The notes beneath the pieces are model-generated. The model did no database searches and was not told where the DNA came from. It saw only the letters and a list, made by a program, of their open reading frames with translations. From contig JBGCDR010000220.1 in assembly GCA_045105515.1 (NCBI GenBank), positions 1-29,864 of the forward strand: a stretch of DNA of 29,864 bases. The letters run 5' to 3'. Both the position numbers and the translations under genes were made by a program. Shown piece after piece: positions 18,223 to 26,583 of the stretch; the stretch's first letter is position 1, and each line of letters begins with the position of its first letter. This stretch comes from Oligoflexales bacterium (GTDB lineage Bacteria; Bdellovibrionota_B; Oligoflexia; Oligoflexales; Bog-1112).

Positions 18223-19704
18223 TTATTCTATAGCATCGCAGTCAGTACGCAGAAGCATCTCCCCCCATTTAGGGTGGAATTGAATATTATCATAGCTGTA
18301 GGTCATACGCTGTCGATATAGTTTCAATCGCAGGTCTTCCTCAAATACTACTATACCATTGACTTCCAGCTTGACCTTATTAATATCCATTGCAAATTCT
18401 TCTTTAATATCATAGCAATCGTTATCTTTTTGCAATCCTCCAAATACGCTTCCATCACACTTAACTAAACTATTGATGTAAGAGTTACCACCTTTGCGTA
18501 TGGAAAATTTAGTCAGACTAGCTATATTGTAGGAAGTTAAATCATCATCTGGGATCAAGATTGACCCTAAAACAGTGGTCGACGAAAATCTGAGCGCACC
18601 AAGATCAATTTCCAATTCTTTTTCATTCCCAGCCCCATCTATCTTGTCTTCAAGCCCGTTTCCAACTGGATCATTAATAGGACTTCCATCTATAGTTATT
18701 TTAAGCTCCGTAATCTTTTGTTTTAGGTGACATCCTGCACCTGTATCACCCTTAATGGCATTCCTTAGATTAAAAGTACGGTCTCGAACAGGTCGAAGAT
18801 CTTCTAGCAGTTCAGCCAAGGCATCCTTGACCCAAGAAATCCGTTGTTCAATATTAGCTATGCTTTCATTTCCATATTTTCTCTTACCAGCAGAGGAGCT
18901 TGAACCCTTATTGTCAAAAGATCCTCCAGCTGAATCGTTATTATAAGGTGCTAAGAAGCTATCTAAGGCTTCATTAGATAGATGGCAGTTAGATGAAATC
19001 AGTTGGGTATATATTTCTTTCACACTTAATTCGTAGCTTTCTCCTGCTTTTGCTCCCGGGATGATATCTCTAACGATCGTTTGCCCATCCACAAGGACAT
19101 CAACTGTAATGGTTGCCTGTGAACCCGAATCAGCATCCAAGGCTTCAACCATTAGTCGCATTTTTTGAATATCACCGAAACTCGGAGTTAGTACGGAAAC
19201 ATCCACTAGTTTTGAGAATTTCAATTCCTGGGTACCACTACTTAGCACATCACTTTCGTAAACAGTATTAGCACTGTGAAACGACAACTTAAAATCTCCA
19301 CTCCCAGCTAAAAAGATGTCTACCTCAATTTTACTTTTAGAATTTTGCTCGACGGGACTACCATCACAACTCAGTAGGCGAACTTTCCCTTCAGATGTAA
19401 TCGGTTTTTTAGGAAGGCACTCTTTATTGATCTTATTGATCTTTCCACACAGGGCATCATTAATTGCTTCAAGCTTTACCAGTTCATCCTTTTGTATGTT
19501 CAATTCTGATTCACGAAGCAAGAGCTCTTCAATGAGTTCACCTCTATTTTGGGTCTGAGGAGAATCACTTCCACCTTGTTTGGTAGCAGTTGTCATACTG
19601 TCACCTTCTACACTCGAACGACTTCGTGAATTGGATGAAGTTTCAGCACAGCTTGAAACAAGCAACGCAACACACATCGGTAGAAGATAAGTAATTATAT
19701 TCAT
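18223..19704 (-). CDS. Orphan Cys-rich lipoprotein with coiled-coil segments and beta-rich domains
   Basis: Lipobox LLVSSC, Ser-rich linker, two heptad-rich stretches, several Cys. Confidence 0.75.
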   Translation of the reverse strand: MNIITYLLPMCVALLVSSCAETSSNSRSRSSVEGDSMTTATKQGGSDSPQTQNRGELIEELLLRESELNIQKDELVKLEAINDALCGKINKINKECLPKKPITSEGKVRLLSCDGSPVEQNSKSKIEVDIFLAGSGDFKLSFHSANTVYESDVLSSGTQELKFSKLVDVSVLTPSFGDIQKMRLMVEALDADSGSQATITVDVLVDGQTIVRDIIPGAKAGESYELSVKEIYTQLISSNCHLSNEALDSFLAPYNNDSAGGSFDNKGSSSSAGKRKYGNESIANIEQRISWVKDALAELLEDLRPVRDRTFNLRNAIKGDTGAGCHLKQKITELKITIDGSPINDPVGNGLEDKIDGAGNEKELEIDLGALRFSSTTVLGSILIPDDDLTSYNIASLTKFSIRKGGNSYINSLVKCDGSVFGGLQKDNDCYDIKEEFAMDINKVKLEVNGIVVFEEDLRLKLYRQRMTYSYDNIQFHPKWGEMLLRTDCDAIE

Positions 19705-19746
19705 TGAATAATATTGCCTTCGATCATTGGTAAAACACTTGCGGCC

Positions 19747-19774
19747 TTATCGGTATTTATTTAAAAAAAATTAA
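19747..19774 (-). promoter_or_regulatory. Putative sigma28/FliA-like promoter
   Basis: Minus strand TAAT-N15-ACCGATAA, about 43 nt upstream of ATG 19704. Confidence 0.5.
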
Positions 19775-19941
19775 ATCTAAATTTAAACACCAATATTTTT
19801 AGGGAGCTAGTGAATCTGAATAATGATGGCTCGATCTTTTGACTTAACTTTTTTCAGAAAAAGACTTATCTTCTCCGCCTATACGGTATATACGGACTTG
19901 GCAAAGCAGTTCTGACCATGAACATGGGATAAGGAGACTAA

Positions 19942-20769
19942 ATGTTAGGAAACAGATTAAGCTGGTTTCGCAATCAAAGTGTTTATATTGTCTTGATTTT
20001 ACTGCTCTACCCACCTACTGTTCTCTTAGCTCAATCTAATACCTATTCTAACTCATCAAATACAATCAAACGGCATCTAAAATATAACCGAACTATCGGA
20101 TACCTAGCGCTTAGCATTATAACAGCAAAACTGCCTTTTTCATATGCATTTAATTTAAATACAAAGCATTTATTTAGTGCACCAAGTCATTCTAAACCCA
20201 GATTAAGATCGGAAAAATTTTTTAAAGATCCTACGCTTCTTAACGCAAAGACTGGTGATAGCCTAGATGCATTTACTCCCTCAGGAAAATTTTTCTATGT
20301 CTTTGAAGTTTATCTAAAAGATATAGAACTTCAAACAAGCTTAACAATAGGTGATAGGCAACGTACACTCATTTTACAAGCTTTATCTAGCCAGACATTT
20401 TATATGGTTGACTACAAGACAAATAGAAAATTTCACCGCAGATTTCAGCGAAAAAAATCTAAGCTCATAAAAAAATGGGAAGAAGAAACCAGCCTAACTT
20501 GGCCACGCTATTACAAAGATATTTATAACGACCATGGAAATATCATACGCTTCAAAGGTCAGCAATATGATGCCCATCATATTATTGAATGTATATTCGC
20601 CGGCCCTTCAGAATGGTGGAATATCCACCCAGCTCATACTCAAGATGAACACCAAGACGGCATCCACAGACTTCAAGGACCTGCATGGTGGGTTTATCAT
20701 GACAATTGTAAAACTGAGGATGAATGCCAGCTATTTGCAGACCCTAAGTATATTGAAAAAGCTTCTTAA
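19942..20769 (+). CDS. Secreted HNH-fold nuclease (polymorphic-toxin-type C-terminal domain)
   Basis: AAGGAG RBS; hydrophobic signal; WEEETSLTWPRY...YDAHHIIECIFAGPSEWWNIHPA...EHQDGIH beta-beta-alpha-metal motif. Confidence 0.8.
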   Translation: MLGNRLSWFRNQSVYIVLILLLYPPTVLLAQSNTYSNSSNTIKRHLKYNRTIGYLALSIITAKLPFSYAFNLNTKHLFSAPSHSKPRLRSEKFFKDPTLLNAKTGDSLDAFTPSGKFFYVFEVYLKDIELQTSLTIGDRQRTLILQALSSQTFYMVDYKTNRKFHRRFQRKKSKLIKKWEEETSLTWPRYYKDIYNDHGNIIRFKGQQYDAHHIIECIFAGPSEWWNIHPAHTQDEHQDGIHRLQGPAWWVYHDNCKTEDECQLFADPKYIEKAS

Positions 20770-20771
20770 TC

Positions 20772-21194
20772 TCAGTACAAATTTACTAAATAGGTCATCA
20801 GATCTTTAGAAGTAACAATTCCGACCAATTTTTGACTGCCTCCTTCAACAACAGGAACAGAGTTAAATGAATGCTCGTTTAGAATTTCAACAGCATGTTT
20901 GATGGTGTCAGTATCTTTAATTGTAATCGGATTTTGGGTCATAAGTTTTTCTACTGGCACAGCAACATCTAAAGAATGATCCACCTCACCATCAGCAATA
21001 TATGCTCGGGAATGTGAAAATTTATGGATATCAGTTCTGCTAACAATACCAACGATCTTGCCACCGTCTACGATAGGCAGATGGTGAATTTTATGTTCTT
21101 CCATCTTACTTTTTACATCTGAAAAATGATCCTGCCTATTTCCGGTGACTAAATCATCGCTCATTAGTTTTTTTATTGATTCTTTTTGCTTCAT
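20772..21194 (-). CDS. CBS-domain pair protein
   Basis: IHHLPIVDGGKIVGIVSRTD and FNSVPVVEGGSQKLVGIVTSKD. Confidence 0.93.
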   Translation of the reverse strand: MKQKESIKKLMSDDLVTGNRQDHFSDVKSKMEEHKIHHLPIVDGGKIVGIVSRTDIHKFSHSRAYIADGEVDHSLDVAVPVEKLMTQNPITIKDTDTIKHAVEILNEHSFNSVPVVEGGSQKLVGIVTSKDLMTYLVNLY

Positions 21195-21401
21195 GCCTTC
21201 CTCCCAACAGATATTAATTTAAGCAGTGATAGGAATATATACAATTGCCTAGGCTGAATACTCTACAGCTTTTATCTAAAACGCCGCAAGCCTATTCTTC
21301 TAATTGCTACTTTCCTAATCCAGCTATTTTGATAGTAATAAGAACCCACTAAATCTAAAGGCATTCTTTTATGCTAAGAAACTTGCTAAAAGGAAGTAAC
21401 A

Positions 21402-21656
21402 ATGCGAATTTCAATCCTAATTCTAATACTCTCTGTGTACCAATTAGTCGTTCTTGAGACAAACCTACGAGCTGATTCAGTCGCCGAATCAAGCGATCGT
21501 GGAACTGAAGAAAATTCCACCAAAGACTCAAAAATGCAGGAGAGAAGCGAAGAGTTTGAAGCTAAACATGAATCCGAGAAAGAGCTCGAAGCCGAGCAGG
21601 AAGGAGTTCGGGAAGCTGAGTTAGAAGAGGGGCTGGAAATCCATGATGAACAATAA
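21402..21656 (+). CDS. Small secreted Glu-rich protein, probably disordered
   Basis: Signal-like MRISILILILSVYQLVVL followed by a very acidic mature region. Confidence 0.65.
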   Translation: MRISILILILSVYQLVVLETNLRADSVAESSDRGTEENSTKDSKMQERSEEFEAKHESEKELEAEQEGVREAELEEGLEIHDEQ

Positions 21657-21737
21657 AAAAAGGTAACTAACGATCATTTATGCTTTGATATGATAAAAAT
21701 ATAGGAGGCCCCTCACACTGAATCTAAGGAACTATCC

Positions 21738-22166
21738 ATGCTTTTCTTACTTGCTGCCGTTTACCTTCTGAGCTCATGTTATGCTCATGATAACCACCAA
21801 GAACAGAGATTGTTAGCAGACACAAGGCATCCCGATTGGACATCGCAAAGAATGATGCATGGTTATAACTTTAATGCAGAGCCCAAAAAGCCGAAAAAAA
21901 GGTTCATGGGCTCAGAAAAAAACGGGAAAGCACTATTTATTCAGAGCTGCGCTCCATGCCATGGCTTAACTGGTGTCGGAGATGGAAAGCAGGCTAAATT
22001 TTTAGATGCCAAGCCAGCTGACCTCACCAAGTACCCTCCTTGGCACCAGTCCCGACACTTTTTTATTTTGATCTCTGTTGGCACGAAATCGGGCATGCCT
22101 GGATGGCAAGATTTACTTTCGCAAAGGCAAATTGCTGATGTCATAGCCTATATTCAAACCCTCTAA
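21738..22166 (+). CDS. Monoheme cytochrome c lipoprotein, related to 4446..4859
   Basis: Lipobox LLSSC; CAPCH; GVGDG...PADL; GMPGW. Confidence 0.88.
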   Translation: MLFLLAAVYLLSSCYAHDNHQEQRLLADTRHPDWTSQRMMHGYNFNAEPKKPKKRFMGSEKNGKALFIQSCAPCHGLTGVGDGKQAKFLDAKPADLTKYPPWHQSRHFFILISVGTKSGMPGWQDLLSQRQIADVIAYIQTL

Positions 22167-22304
22167 GCAAATTTTGCTTTTTCTTAATTATTTCTAAAAT
22201 CTAACTGGCACTAAGTTAGGAGCTTTTGGGTAATATTTGAATCTCAGGCAAAACCTAAGAAAAAACCCTAAACTATATGATTCCCTATTTTTTTACTCCC
22301 GTTC

Positions 22305-22312
22305 ACCGATAG
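22305..22312 (+). promoter_or_regulatory. sigma28-like -10 element
   Basis: ACCGATAG about 30 nt upstream of ATG 22343; -35 match is poor. Confidence 0.3.
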
Positions 22313-22342
22313 GCCCCACGGACGGAAGGTAGGGGTCAAAAT

Positions 22343-23203
22343 ATGAAAATAGTTTTTTACGTTTCACTGTCAACTTGCACAATTTGCTGTTCTAATCCAG
22401 CATCATTGTCATCGAACAGTAGTCCGCCAAATTTGGGGGATGACACACATATGAATTTTGCTGGCCATGGTTACAGGGAAAACAATCCAATCACAATAGA
22501 GGAATTAGAGGAAATAGGTCTTCCCCCAGCAAGCGAGAACAGCTTAGCTGAAACTGCGGCTCAGCCCATGCCAATTACTGGTGCACCTCTTACTTGTCTT
22601 GTTTCAGCAAACAACGAAACATTTTGTAAGGTTGAGGATGCATCACAACCTGAACTCCTGTGGAGCGTATATAATGAACAAGAAGAGAAGATTTCTTCTG
22701 AATCCTTCGAGGTTCAAACGCTTCCATCAGATGCTTTTTGGGATATCAAGATTATTTTTCATGAGCCCATTGATCAAATCTCTGTTGAGGCTTCAAATGC
22801 TAGTGCGGATATCCAAAAATCTAAAGTTAAATCAAAAGTAAATAGGGATCATAATTTCGAGCAAATGTTAACGAGGTCTTACACAAGCCCACAATGGGGT
22901 GTGCTAAAATTGCTGGTCAATCCCGATATGAGCGTAAGTGGGACGTACTCCACCAAGAAGCTAAAAGGTAAGATTTTTGGCAGTCTTGACCTCGTAGAGG
23001 CTAGTATTTCAGGCAGATGGGAAGAGCGTGGTAAAAAGGGAAAACTAAAGCATTCAGGAGAGTTTTTGTTCAATATCATCTTTGATGATAAAGACAATTT
23101 TCACATTGATGGAATTTTTGTTAACGAGGGCGACGACGAGTGGCACGATTGGGATTTAATTCCTGTAGTTAAAGATCAAATGACAACTTTATTTGCCTTG
23201 TAG
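22343..23203 (+). CDS. Orphan exported protein, probably a lipoprotein; paralogue of 868..1809
   Basis: MKIVFYVSLSTCTICC; QPMPITGAPLTC; ISGRWEE...GEFLF...WDLIP align with 868..1809. Confidence 0.75.
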   Translation: MKIVFYVSLSTCTICCSNPASLSSNSSPPNLGDDTHMNFAGHGYRENNPITIEELEEIGLPPASENSLAETAAQPMPITGAPLTCLVSANNETFCKVEDASQPELLWSVYNEQEEKISSESFEVQTLPSDAFWDIKIIFHEPIDQISVEASNASADIQKSKVKSKVNRDHNFEQMLTRSYTSPQWGVLKLLVNPDMSVSGTYSTKKLKGKIFGSLDLVEASISGRWEERGKKGKLKHSGEFLFNIIFDDKDNFHIDGIFVNEGDDEWHDWDLIPVVKDQMTTLFAL

Positions 23204-23211
23204 TTAGCAAA

Positions 23212-23928
23212 TTAAGGCATCCCAAATAAACGTTTTTCATCACTACTGGCTGGTAGGGCTTCGATTCGCTTTGCAAAAGGTTTCTTTGCTGCTTCACTTA
23301 GGTAAGGACTGGCTACAAGTTCTTTTGCGGCCTCTAGGTCTTCCTTCTCTATGTAGAGTTTTCTGTTAATCTTGGCTACAGTCCACTTGGGTAGTGGCCT
23401 ATTCACAAGAACCATTTGTTGTCCTTTTTCTATAAAACCTTCGGCTATGACACGCATGTACCAACCCATTTTCCCCGTATCTTGAACCTGCTTTGGTAAA
23501 GCCTTAACTCCCCAATATCGCCCTAACTTCCAGCAAGGCATTCGGTATTCTGAAATTTGCACCCGCGCAACATCGCCTATCTTAAATTCATCGCCAATAC
23601 AAACTATGTCTTCATTTAAGCCAGAAATTAGTAAGTTTTCACCCATGCGTTTCGAACTTCTCTCCATCCCGTATAGTTTTTTCCAGAAATCATAATGTTC
23701 TAAGCAATAGCACAAAACTGCCTTATCTGGCCCACCATGAACCTTTTTATCAGCTTGGGAATCGCCTGATAGATTGGTTTTTCCCAACCACACCTGTTCA
23801 AATACTTCTTCCTTGCCAATAGATGATAAAAAAGGACGATCGATGGCTTTTCTAGATCCTTTGATTCCAAATTCTTTTGATTGACCAACAAATATCTTTA
23901 CTATTGATCCCTGCATATTTACATTCAC
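23212..23928 (-). CDS. yiiM: MOSC-domain protein with a 3-alpha domain (YiiM family)
   Basis: GDSQADKKVHGGPDKAV, MGENL, VCIGD, YRMPCWKL, GWYMRVIAEG. Confidence 0.9.
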   Translation of the reverse strand: MNVNMQGSIVKIFVGQSKEFGIKGSRKAIDRPFLSSIGKEEVFEQVWLGKTNLSGDSQADKKVHGGPDKAVLCYCLEHYDFWKKLYGMERSSKRMGENLLISGLNEDIVCIGDEFKIGDVARVQISEYRMPCWKLGRYWGVKALPKQVQDTGKMGWYMRVIAEGFIEKGQQMVLVNRPLPKWTVAKINRKLYIEKEDLEAAKELVASPYLSEAAKKPFAKRIEALPASSDEKRLFGMP

Positions 23929-23957
23929 CTCGCAAAAAGGACCTTCGTTTTACTAGG

Positions 23958-24383
23958 CTAAAATAAAGCAAAACACTCTTGCATGAGTTTTGTCAAAGAC
24001 ACATACTCTTGGGGATAGCTAGTCAAAAGAGGGTTGTTTTCGCCAAATGTATTGTACTTCCTTATTCGGTGTAAGAAATTCATATCATGTAAATCTCTAT
24101 AAAACCGCTCAATGTGCTCTTTTGAAAATTTTTTTTGGGACGCTCTCACATTAAACTGTGATTTCCAAGCATGGTAAGGGACAAGGAGGGTAGGTGAATC
24201 AGTAATCTCTATTGCAAATTTATCACTAAATTCAAATGAATCAGTAATACCTCTGCATTGCCTGCAGGTAAGGAAGCTATTATCATTAGCTTCATGCACA
24301 TACCATATCAAAGAGCTGTGAAACTCAAGCGATTGGCCGTCGCATTCTGTTTCTATGGCCATCGAAGCCCCCCTCCTTTGCAA
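23958..24383 (-). CDS. Hypothetical protein
   Basis: 141-aa ORF starting 3 nt after the glutaredoxin gene; contains CRQC; start may be ATG 24362 after GAGGGGG. Confidence 0.6.
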   Translation of the reverse strand: MQRRGASMAIETECDGQSLEFHSSLIWYVHEANDNSFLTCRQCRGITDSFEFSDKFAIEITDSPTLLVPYHAWKSQFNVRASQKKFSKEHIERFYRDLHDMNFLHRIRKYNTFGENNPLLTSYPQEYVSLTKLMQECFALF

Positions 24384-24386
24384 TTT

Positions 24387-24992
24387 CTAACTGGCACTCA
24401 ATGAACTCTGACCTCTTTCATAGTTTGGTTCTACCTTGCAGTCAAGCTTCTTGCTTAGTTCATCAGCTCCACCCACATACTTTCCATCTAACCATATTTG
24501 AGGAACTGTAATGGGTGTTTTCGGACCAACAATGGGCTTTACTCTTGATAGCATTTCGTAGAGGCTTCTTGGGCTCTCGATGACGTCATGATACTCATAA
24601 TTTACCTTACTATCCTCTAAGTATTTCTTTGCTCGAACACAATGTGGGCAAGAATTCTTTCCAAAAAGATGATTCCCTTTAATCTCAGCACTCTTGGCGT
24701 AGGTTTCAATGACTGCTTGTGTCAAGACTCCTCGATTAAGAGCCGCACCCTGACTCACAATTTTTCCTCCCACAATTACAATAGGAGCATGCCAGCCTCC
24801 CAGTTTAAGAGGACGCCACCACTCACTAAGCCAATCACGCATGTCCAACTCTACCGGGATATCCTGCAACTCTTTCTCAATGGTGTCTTTAATTACATCT
24901 TTTGTCAGAGAGCATTCTCCACAGGGGATCTTCACTTTGAATGGCCCCCAACTTCCCGCCCAGCGAAAAACCGTAATCATAACCTTGTTCAT
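24387..24992 (-). CDS. Two-domain thioredoxin-fold/glutaredoxin protein
   Basis: N-terminal domain with IPCGEC and GWHAP; C-terminal glutaredoxin with CPHC, TVPQIW and YVGGAD. Confidence 0.9.
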   Translation of the reverse strand: MNKVMITVFRWAGSWGPFKVKIPCGECSLTKDVIKDTIEKELQDIPVELDMRDWLSEWWRPLKLGGWHAPIVIVGGKIVSQGAALNRGVLTQAVIETYAKSAEIKGNHLFGKNSCPHCVRAKKYLEDSKVNYEYHDVIESPRSLYEMLSRVKPIVGPKTPITVPQIWLDGKYVGGADELSKKLDCKVEPNYERGQSSLSAS

Positions 24993-25177
24993 AACGGCCT
25001 ACTCCTAAATATATATAAATACCTAAACCTTATTCAAGAATATCAAGTGTTAGTGGCGAGAGATAGAAATTGGTATTAATATTTTTAATAAACCCATTCA
25101 ACTTATTAATTGGCAAATCGATGATACAAGCATTAATTAGTAGGGATCAATAAAGCAACGCCTTAAGGAGTCTCACA

Positions 25178-26572
25178 TTGGGGTCTACGATAGAAATTTC
25201 AACATTGGATAACAAATCAGAAAATCCCAATCAAGACAAATTAACTAATGGCCGAATACTTCAGTTCGTATTGCCTTCATTGATTGGTTTACTAATCTTT
25301 ATGATGCCTCTAATGCATGAGGGAAGCATCTCAATTCCTGTGGCGGTGTTGGCAAAAATTATTGAAAATTCACTTAAACCCTTTTTGCCGAGTATTGCCG
25401 GTGTATTTATCAGCTTAAGCGCTTTGCTGAGTTGCATCGTTTTTTTATTCAAACCGAAATGGGTAGAAAAAAACATTTTCGCAAAATCCTTATTAGACGT
25501 AGGACCCAAATGGACCATGGTTAGGCTCACCTCAGCTGTGTTCGTGCAGTCGATTATGTTTGAGCTTGGCCCAGAGTTTATATATTCCCAAAAGACTGGG
25601 AGTTTTCTTCTGTTAGACTTACTACCCGTGCTAGTCTGTGTCTTTCTAATCGCTGGCCTACTATTGCCATTATTGCTAAATTTTGGTTTGATCGAATTTT
25701 TTGGAGTACTTCTTTCTTCGGTAATGCGCCCACTTTTTACCCTTCCAGGGCGGTCATCAATCGACTGCCTTGCCTCTTGGATTGGAGATGGAACCATCGG
25801 GGTTTTATTGACCAACAAACAATATATAGAAGGCATGTATACCAAACGTGAAGCCGCTGTTATTGGCACCACTTTTTCTCTAGTTTCAATTACATTTGCA
25901 ACTGTGATTCTCAGTCAGGTTCAGTTACAAAGCTTATTTCCTCAGTTTTATTTAACCATCTTTCTTGCTGGCATTGCAGCTGCTGTTATAAGCCCACGCA
26001 TTTATCCACTCAACAGGATTAAAGATGAGTATATTGATGGAACCATAAGAGTTAAAAAGATAGAAAAAACTGAGTGTAGCAAATTTTATGAGGCTCTTAG
26101 ACAAGCGACCTCTAAAGCTAGTAAAAATCAAGGAACAGCACGATTGATGACTGAAGGAATTCATAATGTTTTGGACATGTGGTTAGGGGTCTTACCTACC
26201 GTTTTGTGTTTTGGTACTTGTGCTCTTATACTTGCTGAATATACCAGCCTTTTTGATATTTTGGGGGTTCCATTTGTCCCACTCTTGGAAGTCATGGGAG
26301 TTCCCGATGCAAGCGCAGCTGCAAGTACCATCCTCCTTGGTTTTGCAGACATGTTCTTGCCCTCGGTAATGATCAGCAAAAGCCCACATGAATTCACTCG
26401 TTTTGTGGTTGCTTGCCTATCAGTATCTCAACTCATTTATATGTCAGAGGTGGGGAGCTTGTTAATAGGATCAAAGATTCCCATAAAATTCAAAGATCTA
26501 GTTTTGATTTATTTGCAAAGGACTTTGATCAGCCTACCAATCATCGTAGCATGCGCTCACTTTATTTTTTAA
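25178..26572 (+). CDS. YjiH-family (nucleoside recognition Gate domain) membrane transporter
   Basis: Polytopic; RPLFTLPGRSSIDCLASWIGDGTIG, YTKREAAVIGTTFS, GFADMFLP, QLIYMSEVG; AAGGAG RBS before TTG. Confidence 0.88.
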   Translation: MGSTIEISTLDNKSENPNQDKLTNGRILQFVLPSLIGLLIFMMPLMHEGSISIPVAVLAKIIENSLKPFLPSIAGVFISLSALLSCIVFLFKPKWVEKNIFAKSLLDVGPKWTMVRLTSAVFVQSIMFELGPEFIYSQKTGSFLLLDLLPVLVCVFLIAGLLLPLLLNFGLIEFFGVLLSSVMRPLFTLPGRSSIDCLASWIGDGTIGVLLTNKQYIEGMYTKREAAVIGTTFSLVSITFATVILSQVQLQSLFPQFYLTIFLAGIAAAVISPRIYPLNRIKDEYIDGTIRVKKIEKTECSKFYEALRQATSKASKNQGTARLMTEGIHNVLDMWLGVLPTVLCFGTCALILAEYTSLFDILGVPFVPLLEVMGVPDASAAASTILLGFADMFLPSVMISKSPHEFTRFVVACLSVSQLIYMSEVGSLLIGSKIPIKFKDLVLIYLQRTLISLPIIVACAHFIF

Positions 26573-26583
26573 ACATTTGATCC

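Noticed and set aside
19898..19915. sigma54 promoter suggested by TTGGCA upstream of the HNH gene
   Set aside because: The -12 position reads TTCT rather than TTGC
22244..22285. c-di-GMP-I (GEMM) riboswitch suggested by GGCAAAACC...GAAA
   Set aside because: No complementary P2 stem and no GACGCAAA-like second element
25261..25872. 203-aa antisense ORF, and other short antisense or alternative-frame ORFs (e.g. 1518..1814, 5981..6298, 9086..9391, 15974..16330, 24642..25079)
   Set aside because: They are shadows of well-supported genes and show no motifs of their own
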